A stretch of 64,000 nt of DNA from the NCBI RefSeq assembly GCF_964355755.1, contig NC_092673.1:21387648-21451647 (forward strand). The letters are read 5' to 3'. This document shows positions 1 through 13,207 of this stretch, piece by piece. Below the pieces are notes generated by a model, which did no database searches, was not told the DNA's origin, and was given only the letters and a program-made list of their open reading frames with translations. The position numbers were made by a program, and so were the translations under genes. The stretch's first letter is position 1. Each line of letters opens with the position of its first letter. This DNA is from Antedon mediterranea. Lineage: Eukaryota; Animalia; Echinodermata.

Positions 1-604
1 GTGGCATCAGCAAGATTGCATTCGACGTTTGATTCGTAAGTTATAACATGACAACCGGGTGTTTCTGTAAAATATAAATTTGAAGCAATGCCTTATATTA
101 TATGAACTCCAATTTTATGATTGATTTTATAAATAATTTATCATAAAACTTTCTAGAAAATTCCAAATTGGAATTGTGCAACATGTTTCAGCTTCTGTGT
201 AGTTGTTAAAATAACAGCCCTTAAACGAAATCTTAGTACTTACTTACTTTCGTTTTTATTTTACAATGCATTAACTTGATTACAGATTAATTTAAAGAAT
301 TAAATAAAAGATGCAAAGCCTAGACCAAAAGACCAAATAAGCTCAAGAGAGCTTTAAACCTGGTTTCACCAGAACAAAATAATTACTAATAATAATTGTA
401 TCAAATAATAACAATACATAGATTTAAGTAAATAAGGTCAGACAAGTAGTAGTAATAATATAAAAATATAAACATATAAGAAAAAACAGTGTTTAGTACA
501 GTAAATAGTTTAGGAGCGATTGGGAAAATTGCGTTTGCTTTATTGAGAACCAATCGTAAACGTGTTTCTTTAGAGGGAACCGGTCATAGAGGATCTGTGC
601 TTAC

Positions 605-3600
605 CGCAGTTTCTTTCGTCTCGTTCATCTGAACAATCGTAATTACCATCACAATGACGGGATATTTGCACAACAGTAGCATCACCACATGTTACTAAAT
701 CATTACAAGAATAAATTAAATAAAATTAAAGTAATAATTATATATTTCCTGAAAAAAATAATAATGTTATTCACTGCGAAATGGGTCTTAATCAATGGTA
801 TTAAACGCAATTGTACTTAAAATACCATAAAAATATTCTTAAATAAAGATTTTTTGTAATGCAAATAATAAAATGGCAATCTAATAATATGGCAATATAT
901 TTTGTATATGAACCATAAAAGTTGTAATAATTAATAAGCAGTAAATTCAGCTTTACCAAGTGCTCGATAAAATGAGCGGTATCACGTCTACCTACCAAAA
1001 CAACCTGCAGTATTGCGTCTTCTGACAGTAATCTTCATCCCATGTGATAGTTTAGTAGAGTAAGATATTATTTAGAGGGTTAGGTTAAGTTAATATTTAG
1101 GAGTTATGTGCTATCGTATGGGCCTGTTGCCGTCATCAGACACGATACTGTGGGATGTATATTGACACTAGACATGGTATCATACGAGGATCGACTGTAT
1201 CTTAAAAATAGACTGAAGTATGTCAACATAAAGACAAGCTTTAAGTTAGACTTTTCTCGATAAAAATAACACAAAATAATGTTACCACAGTTGCCCTCAT
1301 CTTGCCCATCTTTACAGTCCAAAATATGATCACATACTTGTGCTGAAGGCAGACATCGGCCATCATCCGTGCACTGATATTCGTTCTCTCCACAAGCTAT
1401 ATTGAACCATATATTGGTTGTAATGTATACATTTTAAACTCTAATAGCACAACGTAAGAACTAAAATAAGGAAACTACAAGTTACGGCTTCCAGTTAAAG
1501 ATGTATTGTCCCCCAAAAAATCAGACTTTGAATAGTCAATTTTGCAGATTTAATCAAGTTAATCACTTGTAAAAAGATCAAATAAACGGTTAAACTTAAC
1601 CAAAAAATTATTGATTTGATAATTTGACTATTTTTTGCTTTTAATTTTAGTTTTTTAAGGTATATATATATATTTTTTTTTTTTTCGATCCCCATTTTTT
1701 TGGTAAAAGTGAATAACTATTATGTAGGCCTAACAATAAAATTGCATATTCAACAAAAACATGTAAAACAATTATTTTTTCAGAGGGACAATACATCTTT
1801 AATGTATACATGTAAAATTAGTATTATCTATAAGCATAACGTTTGAACGACAAGGTCAATATAGAAAACAAAAATGAACGGCTGCCGATGGATAATTTGC
1901 TTTGCTAATTCTTACGGAAAGTTAAAGACAAGTTGGCAAAAACTATACCTGGATTGGAAACATAAGCATCCTCCCACACGCTCTCACTAACTCCCTTATC
2001 TACCTACTTAACTTTAAATCAGTGTAAAGTCTATAAGCACTCACTGGCTAAACCCAGTGGCCTCGTTTACGCCACTGCTTGAAATACTGACTTACCACAA
2101 CTTGCAATTTCATCAGAATAGTCTGGACAGTTACCAAAGCCGTCACACACAAATCGTGCTGCAACACAGTAACTTCCACCAGATTCGACACACAGTGTAT
2201 CGTTAACACTGGAACATTCTACGATGTGATACATTAAGAATTAGTCTGGGTTCCAAACGGAGATTTGACTTAATATTAGTAAAAAGATAAATATTTTGGC
2301 ATATATGGCGTTTCATACGTATACTACTTAAAACTTTTAAACATCGAAACGTTGATAATTAAATTAAATAATCGCGTGAAATTTAGTGCGCGTTATCATA
2401 TAACTTTTTTTTAATGATTTTATCTTTTGCCGTTCAGATTTTTCGTAAGCCGGTTGGTGCCGGTTTTGTTTTTAAATTGTCATTGTGTTATTTATTGGAG
2501 TAGAAGGCTCTTCTACAGTTACCCGTATTAAAGTTTTAAATATTTATAAATGTTATCATTATTACTATTATTACACTCGCAGTATCATGAGGAAAAAATT
2601 ACCATAACAGTGGCGGCTCCATGATTTATATTAAACTATAGCAAATAAAATTCATAATTACCACATGAATATTCATCACTTGCGTCACCACAATTGTCAT
2701 ACATATTGCATCGGTACGTCATTGGAATACAGCGACCATTATTGCATTTGAACATCGACTCGTCACACACTATCAAAATCAAATACAACAATCGATCGAT
2801 GCTATTTAATTTCCATTCAAACGTAAATAAAAGAAATTATAGGTTCAATCATGATTTTACGCGGGTAGTAATTTAAAACTGAAATATTGGAAATGGCAAG
2901 ATAATGTTGCAAATTTTATTCTTGGCGAAATAGAATTTTAATTTTTCTTTTTCCTTCATAGATAGCCTATTGCAAAGAGACACCGTCAATGCGCGCGTAG
3001 GTCGATGCTTGTTGCGCTTCAATCGCCATCTTGGTTGCTCAAATCTTTAATTTATTTAATATAAGTTCCACAGTTCCCCTGTTATTACAGGCATCCATGA
3101 TAACAGAATAACTTTAATTTAATTTATAACCAAGAAACCAACAACAAATACTTACTACATGATGGCCATTCGAAATTTGGAATAGAACAGTCGGTAGCAG
3201 GGATATCACATGGTCCAGGGGAGTAACTACAGTCTACAGTCGTTTCAGGACTTGATATTAAATCTAAGAACAATGACAAAACATTCCTGAATAAATGATA
3301 CGCGTACAGAAAACATGTTTTTATTTATGTATAAATGGTAAATGTATTATCTTTGACATGAGAACGAATTTAATATCGAGTGGTTAAGGTACAGTACGCA
3401 ATACAGGTGTAATGAATTACCATTCCTAACACAGTATCATAGTGTCTACATGATGCATTCTAGAATAAGATGTTTTGATTTAAGAAACCATGTATAATTA
3501 ATAAGAACAATCAGGAACATTCCAGAAACGCTATTAATAGAAACTGTAATCCAATAGAATTAAGAAGTATAAAGAACGATCTAGAAGGATAGGAATATCT

Positions 3601-4228
3601 TGTATATAAAACTTAAAAGGATGTAAAACTATTGTAAGGTTGTTGGATATTATAGATTGTAAAGGTTATTGTGAAGCTGTTGTTTAAAGTGCTTACTGGA
3701 TTGTTGAAAGTTGATTGAAATTAATGCTTTGTTTTGGAGTTATTTTACAACTTTGTGGATTTTGTGTGTATACTTTTATGTCACAAGGGAGTTCCTAAAG
3801 TATTTTCAACCGCTCGGAAACATACGTAAGAGGAGTTCGTGACAACAGGAACGACGTAAGCGCTACTCAAGTAATTGCCCAATTATCATCAGATCATCAG
3901 AACTGTCGCCTTTGATTGGTCAACCCACTTGAGTTGCGCCTATCGTTGTTGCGTTGCGCTTTAATTTACTGTACAATATATCAATATAACACTTACTAAT
4001 TCCAAAAACTTCCACTTCACATAACGTAAGATATTCGTTTCTACCAACAACACACACAGACACATAACGTCCATACATGAGTTCGTTGCACTCTACCCGG
4101 ATGTTTGTACTAAGTAAAATACTTTCAGCCGACACAGTTGAACCACATCTTGGATTCACCGAATGAGGAGTTGGGTTCATGCCGATATGAACGACAGCAT
4201 TAGTCAGGCGCTCGGCTAAAATTGAACG

Positions 4229-4266
<38 letters not shown>

Positions 4267-7200
4267 AAATATAACTAAATAAACGTACTAAATAAACAAT
4301 TATGACATCGATACATTAATAGAAGTAGTATGGGTCCAAATCACCTAACTAAAGGACGACGAAAAATACTGAAGCAGCACTTTTGCGATACGGTGCAGTT
4401 AGTAGGAGGCCTAGTTATATGGAAGAAAGACTAACAAAAAGGCTATTTTGTGACGATTTAAAGGAAAATAGATCACTCGAACATCGTAATAATATTCATT
4501 TAGAAAGTAAAAACTCGCGTGTAGTCATGAATTTAGGCCGTGTTTCGCCGATAATTAACCGATAAAAATTAACCGTTAAACTGCCTACGGAAACGGGGTT
4601 TAACCGATTCCCACCGATTAATAACCGATAATTATCTCATTCAAATCAAATAATAATAATCGGATAAAATGCGATAATTGTTAACCTTTGACCTGAAGGA
4701 CAGATCTGATTGGGTCTCTGGTTGTTTGATAATGCCTAAATCATGCGCACTTTAATTAACCGATAAACTGCCTGTGGAAACATGGTTAAACTGATTTCCA
4801 CTAGAGAAAAATTAACCGATAATTATCTCATTCAGATAATTATCGGATAAAATGCGATAATTTGTAACATTTGACCTGAAGAACAAATTGTTGCGATGTG
4901 ATGGGCTCCCTGTTATTTTTTTATAATGACTGATTATGCGCACTCTATTGGTTGAAAAATTAACCGATAATTTATTTCTTGGCTGCGGAAACACGCCCTC
5001 TGATGATCAGAATGTCTTAATCAGAGAAAACATCAATACAAATTGATTTGTTATTACAATTAGAATTGTTAATCTCAAATTACAATGCGTGTTGGATCTC
5101 AATTTCAATAATGCTTGTAAAATACTTACTTTCTAACGATCTAGATATGATACTAATTAGTAATAAATAATACCTGCACTTTCTCGATTAACAATATCGA
5201 CAAATTGCACTGCATATGCCTTTTCCAAATCAACAGTCCACCAAGGCTCAAAATCGTTATCTGTTTAATTATCAAAGAATAGCAAATCTCAAAAGACATT
5301 CTTTGGTAGTTTATTTAGGTCTACGTTTCTCGCTGCTGCTTTAGCCAGCTACATCTCCAGAGGATTACTCATTCAGAAGCTATATCAAGCAGCAAGTTAT
5401 AGTTTTAGAGGCTGACGTTTTTGATAATTTGTGAACTAGGACAGGTTATGCTCAAATTACAAACCCCAAAGCCCGTCTGGGAGAAGAGAGTATACAGTAT
5501 TACTGTATATAGATGCATGTAGACGGTAATCTGTAAAATCTTGTTCAATAAATAATGACTTTATTCTTGTTGTCAACCTAGGCCAGTATTTATAATAATT
5601 CACTGTCAAATAATCAAAACATTATTTTGGCTGTTTAGGCTGGTATTTACAATGAGTCCCATTTGACTGTCAATCTAGACCGATATTATAATACTGTAAT
5701 TCGCTGTCAGATAATCATTGAATTATTATTTGTTTAATTCGGGGTAGGCATTTATTCTAATACAAACTAGCTATCAAGTTTGGTTGCCTCTTGCACATAG
5801 GCGCAACGCAAGTGCCAGCTGACCAATCCAAAGCGAAAGTTCGGACGATCGTGGTTTGTTCAACATACGTCCTTGTGTTGTGCCCTAGTGTGAACTAAGC
5901 TTAAAACAAGATAGCAATTACGTACGTGTGTGCGTACACGAACCAGAGTTGAAGAATGGATTTGGATCGCCGTCTACAGCCAGGTCTGAGCCTCTAGGAT
6001 CCCCTGCCACTACAAGTACACTGCTCTGTTTCGTAGGCTTACCACGAGATACCAACTCTTATTGATAAATTGAAAATAAGAAACGCGGTATATAGGTAAT
6101 ATATGAAATGCAAGTATTGTGACATACTATAACCTTTAAATTATTACTATATACTATAATATAACAAGTTGGATGTACGAAGTTAATTTACTTACATATA
6201 TAAATAAAAAAATTGTAATGCGCAATGTGAGTAACCAATGGCCAATAAAATAAAAATACAATTTGAAAAAAAAGGCAATATGGCTCTCTGAAGATGCGAT
6301 TTAATGGTTATATGATATGCATTAAAATACACAATACAGTACCTTTAATTAATGTAACGTGCGCTTATTAAACCCAAGGCGTAGATTTAAACATTTTTAA
6401 ACAGGGTAAGTAATAATCATGGAGTATTAATTAATGGTATAATTATACAAAACTAACTTACCCACTGCTCTCCATATAAGATGGAATCCTTTTCCGGATA
6501 AATTTGAATCAGACACGAACATTAACAACATAGAATTGGCTTCCGATAGCAATGTGTAATAATTACTGCCGCATAGTCTATATGGATTTAAAAAACGAAA
6601 TTAATTCATAATCAAACTATTTTAAATTAGGTGTATTAGATATATTAATGGTTCCTTATTTAATTTGTTTATTCAAGCATTAGCTACTGCTATAGAATTA
6701 ATAACTGAGAGATAAAATGGTGGTACGGATATATTACACAGAATTGTTGATATATTTGAGGTTAATGATTTTGGGCCTATTTTTTCTATATAAAATGTAG
6801 GTAAATATTTGCATTTGGCGTCATCGTTTTCATACAGTCTCCTGTACCATTTAAGTTGGAAAGATATTAGTAAGTCTGTTAATAAACAATGATGTAATTC
6901 ATATGCAAACTTATTCAGCAACCCCACCTCTCCAAGAGGCCAATTATGTTGGAGTTATTGGTCCTAATAATTTGCACCAGCCTATTTCAAATCAAGTCAG
7001 CAGAATTAAGTACAATAATTGTTATGGAAATAAAATAAAATAAATACAATACAATTAATAGTACAATCAACAGATTCATTCAAGGATAACCTTCATTAAA
7101 TAACATTATTTATTAGTTTACATGATTTTAATTACAAAATTATAAATAGACCAGGAGATGTAAGTATATTATAAATAAACCGTCTATTGCCACGTGCTGC

Positions 7201-10200
7201 GATTCATTTTATGATACCATCATTTTTATTGTAATTAATCGTACCAAAAACAATAATGACATTGATACAATATGTTAAGTTCAAGGTATTATAAATCTTC
7301 ACCAATCATAAATGATGAGCACTCAAATTACACATTTAAACTTGATCAAAAAGGTCAATCGACTCCTTTCTACGTCGACATAATAAACTGCAAGAACCAC
7401 TTCTTATTTATCAGCATCGACATGTTACGTAACTATTATGATTAAACTGACGAATTTATATTAGGATTTGTCTAAGTAACAGGCCTTAACTGTTTCTGAA
7501 AATAGAAATATAGTATATTCATGGATGTATAAGATCCATTCTAAGTTGTTATTATTGACCACCGTGTACCCGTATGTAATGACATGGTTCTTGTCCGAAT
7601 GCCCAATCGCCTATAAGCTTACGGTAGCTTCTTACTGTAATTACTGCCATTAATATGTAACTTTATTCACAATAGACTACAGTACTTGACTACAACCAAT
7701 GTTTTTACTTACTAATTAAACGTGTAATTCTTTCTCCTAAAACGGTCAATTAACTTTTAAGCGACCCAACTACTGCCGTTCTTTTTCGTGGTCGAGTAGA
7801 TTATTCAAATTTAAACAAATGTGCTTCATTGCAGGAATTACGCATGCATTTGATCCAGTCGTCAAAACACGATTGTTCGAAACGCGTTTTCATACTATTT
7901 ATTTTATAGTTTACTTAAATTGCGTTTCATTCATGTTAATTACAATTGTATGGTATATAATATGTCGAATTTTAGTTTTTGCAGTAAAAATTTAGTGGGT
8001 CTAAACGCATTCATAAAGATTGAAATGAATTTGTGTGTAATTCTCCGATATTCTTAATTTGTTATAATAATTGATTTAAAACATATTTATACAGTATAAC
8101 ATAATTCAGAAATATTGATCAATCATCGAAATGTATTTCTTTTTTTTACTGTTATGCAATATGTGCAATTGATTGTTTTGAAAAAAATATAATTTAACGT
8201 CGTCAACATCATCAACGTCTTCAACGTCTTTAACGTCATCAACGTCGTCAACTTCATCAACATCGTCAACGTCTTCGGCATCTTCAACGCCTTTAACGTC
8301 ATCAACGTCTTCAACATCGTCAACGTCATCAACGTATTCAACGTCATCAACGTATTCAACGTCATCAACGTCATCAACATCATCTCCACGTCATCGACGA
8401 CATCAACGTCTTCAACGTCATCAACGTCTTCAACATTGTCAACGTCTTCGGCGTCTTCAACGTCTTCAACGTCTTTAACGTCATCAACATCGTCAACGTC
8501 TTCAACGTCTTCAACGCCTTTGACGTCATCAACATCGTCTCCACGTCATCGACGACATCAACGTCTTCAACATTGTCAACGTCTTCGGCGTCTTCAACGT
8601 CTTTAACGTCATCAACGTCTTCAACGTCATCAACGTCTTCAACATCGTCAACGTCTTCAACGTCATCAACGTCTTCAACATTGTCAACGTCTTCAACGTC
8701 TTCAACGTCATCAACGTCTTCACCGTCAACAATTATAATTATTATCTTTCTCTTGACGTATGGAATAGTTAAGCGTGGTTCCCACTAGCGACGCAACACA
8801 AGGACGTAACGCAACGCAAGTGAATTGACCAATCACAAGCGATGGCTTATTCGCTTGTCATTGCTAACTGTCTATAACTTCGCTTGTCATTGGTTAAAAC
8901 GCTTGCGTTGCGTTTACGTCCTTGCGTTACGTTCTAGTGGGAACCAAGCTTTACTGGTCAGTTTACTTGAGTTTGTTGCTTTTGAGTATTATATTCGTTG
9001 ATTTAATTGATTAATTTGAAACGGTTCTAGAAAAAGCAGGCTTACTTACCGGTCATGCACTTCGTCACCTGTGCCATCTAAATAAATTTCAAGATAATCA
9101 TGCGGACAATAAAAATCAAAGGAACGAAATTTAACCGAAACACGACTTTCTTCTGGAACCTGAAAATAAAATTAATATTTATTGGTTGTCGTTTCTTAAG
9201 CGTTGTCTACACCTATCAAACTAGTTTGAAGGAAAAAGTGTGATATGCCCAAATATGGTAGTGATATGCCAAAATATGGTAGTGATATGACATCATCATG
9301 TTCATATGGGCACATCACATTTTTTTGTCACATAAAGCTTGATAGTGTAGACAGAGCTTTAATAATGAATATTTTTCAACATGAGGACATGAAGCACTAT
9401 TTGACGTAAGCGTACAAACATTGAATATTATTGTAACTGAACTTTAACTTCAAAAACACTTACCGTTATTTTCCACATGCATGTAGTATTTCCGGGATAG
9501 TTTTCCGGATATAGAGGCGACGATATTTCCCCATACGTTCCTGTATATGTGTCACCGCAATTGGTACCTTTAATGACATCAGTATTTGATAAAAAAGAAA
9601 CTTGTTTAATGTATTAGCAGTTTGAATTAAACGGAGATCTAGCTTCATTAGGCTAATAATGATAACGAGACTTCCTCTTCATTAATGCTTCCCACTAGAG
9701 ACGCAACACGGGGACGTAACGCCACGTAAAGCTTGCTTCCCACTAGAACGTAACACAAGGACGTAAACGCAACGCAAGCGTTTTAACCAATGACAAGCGA
9801 TCAGTTATAGACAGTTAGCAATCACAAGCGAATAAGTCATCGCTTGTGATTGTCGAAAAAGGCTAAAATCACCCGAGGCCTCCTATCGTTGGAGGGCCAC
9901 TGGGGTTCCTAAGCCAGGGGTCTCAGGCCTCTGGGTTACGCCACTGCTGTCATCAATTATAATATAGTTATTATGGCGATATCCTTTTACGAACAATCGC
10001 ACTTTGTTTAACCTCTACAGCTCACTATGTCGGTCGGTCGGTAAACACTAACCAGGGAGTTGTAACAACTCCCTGCACTAACTATTGAGCACGCGACTGC
10101 AGCCATGTATATGTCCTTGTTTGTAAATCATTATCTAAAAGGTTATGAAATGTATTCATTCTTTTTTTTTTTTTCTTTTATTATTAAATTTGAAGCTGTA

Positions 10201-10972
10201 TTTCATTCTTGGTGGACGCACCGTTACACACGAGTAGGCTACTTTACAAAGGTTCACTTTCAGAATATAAAATACCTTTTTATCACAAGATAATTAATTC
10301 ATAACAACCAGTTGACGGTAGTTGTTGTTATCGGTTAATGTGTGCTATACTGAACGGTACATAATTTAGTACGAATGTGGTGGTAGAGATGTTAGAGTGA
10401 ACAACATGGGAAACGTATTGCCTATTTGTGTTATCACTTTCAGGAGGTCTATACATTTACACCTTAAATTGCAGGGTACCTGCTTATTAATTAAACATGT
10501 TCAATAATACAACTGTTATAGTTGTTATAACACCTTATAATACTGTTAGCGAATAAATATTCGTATAACAACACAGAGATAACATTTTATTTATTTATTT
10601 TAAGAAACGGATGACCGGGCATAACTGCAGAGGAGATTGGTCGAATTAAAGCTGATGTGCAGGTTGTGATGCAAGTTAAACTTAGGCCTATTAGCATTAT
10701 TTTGTAGACCTATTGTTTGAGACCAAAAAAAGAGGGGAAAGAAAGAAGGCCAATTTTGATTATTTTTCTGACTTATAGGCCTACACAATACTGAACAATG
10801 AATATAGTGTTATCTTTATAAATACCCTTAGGTTAAGTCACTTACATTGAATTGAGTTTGAAATTAAAAACATATTAAGGGGCTTACCTTCTACAGCAAT
10901 AAAGATAACAAAAATGGAAAAAACTCGAAGAACATACATCCTATAGGTCCCCGTATATCTGCCAACCACCAT
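605..10972 (-). CDS. Multi-exon gene (3'-partial) for a modular extracellular protein: signal peptide - CUB - F-type lectin (fucolectin/FTP) - Cys-rich linker - LDL-receptor class A repeats x4, continuing off the left edge
   Basis: Phase-compatible GT-AG exons: 10972-10888 ([29 protein letters not shown]); 9567-9464, 9159-9050, 6577-6462 (CUB: [31 protein letters not shown]...CPHDYLEIY...LCGS...[16 protein letters not shown]); 6057-5926, 5260-5174, 4215-3997 (F-lectin: GKPTKQSS...AVDG...CTHT...PWWTVDL...GRYVSV...LTLCEVEVF); 3263-3156 (Cys linker); 2769-2662, 2218-2096, 1396-1286, 694-605 (LDLa with CGDASDE, CPDYSDE, CKDGQDE, CSDERDE). Confidence 0.88.
1499..1798. mobile_element. MITE with AGATGTATTGTCCC terminal inverted repeats and TTAA target duplication (Kolobok-like); copy 1
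   Basis: TTAA|AGATGTATTGTCCCC...GGGACAATACATCT|TTAA. Related copies at 39850-40082, 49837-50180 and a partial one at ~62500-62692. Confidence 0.8.
3408..3844 (+). mobile_element. Solo LTR of an LTR retrotransposon
   Basis: TGTAATGAA...TTCGTGACA termini (TG..CA, imperfect inverted ends), exact 5-bp TSD ACAGG at 3403-3407 and 3845-3849, internal TATA-like TATATAAAA at ~3603. Confidence 0.75.
4232..4263. repeat. (TA)n microsatellite
   Basis: Run of about 16 TA units just inside the intron next to exon 4215-3997. Confidence 0.95.
4536..4998. mobile_element. Non-autonomous DNA transposon (PIF/Harbinger-like) with subterminal AATTAACCGAT repeats
   Basis: Ends GGCCGTGTTTC...GAAACACGCCC are inverted; TAACCGAT motif repeated many times; internal ~180-bp duplication. 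Confidence 0.6.
6660..7000 (-). mobile_element. Degenerate non-LTR retrotransposon (Tx1/L1-like) ORF2 fragment
   Basis: ORF 6673-6927 reads [10 protein letters not shown]...[12 protein letters not shown]...N...VPPFYLSVI, which resembles the post-RT region of Tx1-clade ORF2. It lies in an intron and has no fitting splice sites. Confidence 0.45.
8196..8730. repeat. 9-bp minisatellite (AACGTCTTC / AACGTCATC / AACATCGTC), about 59 units
   Basis: Direct reading; higher-order block CTCCACGTCATCGACGACATC at ~8384 and ~8539. Confidence 0.95.
8772..8950. mobile_element. Tourist/Harbinger-type MITE family B (AGC(T/G)TGGTTCCCACTAG...CTAGTGGGAACCAAGCT), TTA TSD
   Basis: Nearly palindromic, TTA on both sides. 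Degenerate or partial copies at ~5777-5901, 9686-9852, 13495-13631 and 53530-53623. Confidence 0.8.
9199..9358. mobile_element. Tourist/Harbinger-type MITE family A, copy 1
   Basis: TIR AGCTCTGTCTACACTATCAAACT (degenerate at left end), TTA TSD, internal GTGATATGCCCAAATATGGTA repeats. Confidence 0.8.
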
Positions 10973-11381
10973 GAGATACGCATACAACTTAGTGATGTCG
11001 ATTCAGGCACATTAGTTTATTTATCGTCTACAGATCTCACCAGAGGGCGTAAACAGTGGTAGGTACGGTACTCTAGTATTATTACGTAATCAGTTATTAC
11101 AAATCTCTGATCTCATTCAATCATCACACTGTTAATTAACAATTATCATAAATAAAATCATTAATTAAGTCTGGTATGAATAGTGAAAAGAATGCAAATA
11201 CAATTAAATCGATACACAACGTCGTGCCGTAGTGTTTAAACGTCATTTCTATCAAAATTCAAATGTTTTGTGGTGGTTGGACGATACGACAAAGTAGTGA
11301 TGCTAGTTAAATATGACTTGTATAAAGACATTTAATAATACATAATAAAATATTAAACACAAAATTAGCTTCGCGTACAAG

Positions 11382-11447
11382 CAGTGGCGTATCCAGGATT
11401 TTGAAGTGGGTCCAATTCCCACCCATACCCACTGGATACGCCAATGC
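11382..11447. mobile_element. Very short hAT-type MITE remnant
   Basis: CAGTGGCGTATCCAG...CTGGATACGCCAATG inverted ends. Confidence 0.5.
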
Positions 11448-12179
11448 GGACAAGCGTTTAACTACCAAAACTATAATAGACGAGTTTTCTTTGCGGGCTG
11501 AGTCCACAGCTTATTTTTGACATTTTGATACTCAATCATAATGTACAATAAACTGAAATTTATAGTGTTGACTTTTATCGAACTACCAATATAGATTTTG
11601 TCCGAATTCCATCAATTGCAAATACTGGCACCTGTGACAAGGTAATTAGTCATCCTATTAGATACTGTATTAGTTACTAAGTAGGCCTAACTAAGCACGA
11701 ACTAATCAAATGAATTACCATCATAGCCAAAACAACCGATTGATTGTTTAGAATACATTATAAATCTAAACTACTTCACTCATAATTAATATATTTACAT
11801 TTAAATTGAAATTTAAATAGCAAATAAACCCGTTAGTGGTGGTAGGCTTATGGTAACAATACTTTCGGTTGACAGCAGAAGAAATTAAATAACTTGAATG
11901 ACAATTTTGGCAGCCAATAAGTTGTTGGAGTCCAATTCAAATTAAATTAGAATCCATTGAAAACAATGCATTATGTGTACAGTAAATTCATTATGCGAAT
12001 ACATCACAAAAATCCCACGTTTTCAACCTTGATTTTTTTTTAAACTAACTTAGGGAGTTATAACAGGTATGGCGACACATGCACACCGAATGCTTGTAAC
12101 TGCATTCCACCCATGTAAACTGATTCAGCTGAAACTGCCACGGAAATTATGTTGTTATATTGTTTATAATGGTTTTGAA

Positions 12180-12520
12180 ATGGTTTGGGAACCCCTTATG
12201 TGAAAGGTAGCCGAACTACTTAGCCTAAATATAACTAAAACTAACCCTTTAAATAATCTCTGTCGCACTATAAAGTAAAAAGAATTTGCTCATAGGATTG
12301 GAACCCCATACATTGGCATGTAAAGTCCATTGTCTAATCCACTCGACAACATACACGACTCGACAACATACACGGCTCAACAGAAAGCGTTTGCATTAGA
12401 GAATTGTAGTTAGCCAAATTCTTACGTCACGCCTTATAGATATGATTGAATGAATATTCATGTTTATTTGTGACGTTTTATGAGGGGTCCCCAACGTATG
12501 TACAAAAAGAAATATCTTGG
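12180..12520 (-). mobile_element. Inverted copy of the TIR element at 59094-59416, with internal tRNA-like cassette
   Basis: Reverse-complement similarity to 59094-59416 across ~330 bp, e.g. CCCCTTATGTGAAAG...AAAGTCCATTGTCTAATCCACT...CAGAAAGCGTTTGCATTAG...TATGTACAAAAAGAAA. Confidence 0.65.
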
Positions 12521-13011
12521 TCCGGGGTTAACTCACGACTCCTTCAACTCCACTCCCTAAGCCTCAAATGAGACTTAGTTTATAAGCACAATAAATTATC
12601 AACTAGTTTATCAATCCTGTAATTGGTGAGTTAATGTTGGATGCATATGAAATAAAACAAAATATAAACAAATAAATAATTAAAGACATATGTGGGATAA
12701 TACCAGGCTACATGCAGCTCAGAAAATATTAAACACTTTTGATTTGTTTCACTTTAAAATCATTTAATGTTCCAGTTGTTACGATCGAGTACACACTAAC
12801 ATAAAGTACTAGATAACACTACGTCTGCAATTATACAAAGACAGAAAATATGAAAACAAGGAATACATACAATAAATTCTCTTACTATTGATCGACATGA
12901 TTTGTTCTATAGACTGTTGCCATTTTGAGATTGTGTCCTTTTAAATAGATACGCATGATTAATAGAGTGTAACGCTGGTCGATAATGACAACACGCATGT
13001 TGCCTGTGAAC

Positions 13012-13207
13012 CAGTGACGTAACGGCTATGAGCGCTTACTGCCTAAACCCAGGGGCCCCAGAGCTTATAGGGGGCCCTGAGCAGTGCCATGAGGAAAACA
13101 GGCATTAAAATATGTCGAAAAAGGCTCAAACGCCCGAGGCCTCCAGCGTTTGAGGGCCACTTAAAGTTCCTACACCAGGGGCCTCAGGCCTCTGCGTTAT
13201 GCCACTG
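13012..13207. mobile_element. hAT-type MITE with 8-bp TSD
   Basis: CAGTGACGTAAC...GTTATGCCACTG flanked by exact CTGTGAAC at 13004-13011 and 13208-13215; fragments also at ~9852-9946 and ~2030-2077. Confidence 0.8.

Noticed and set aside
8123-8788. TLM-rich and STS-rich ORFs from the track
   Set aside because: Alternative frames of the 9-bp repeat; broken by frameshifts and lacking splice context.
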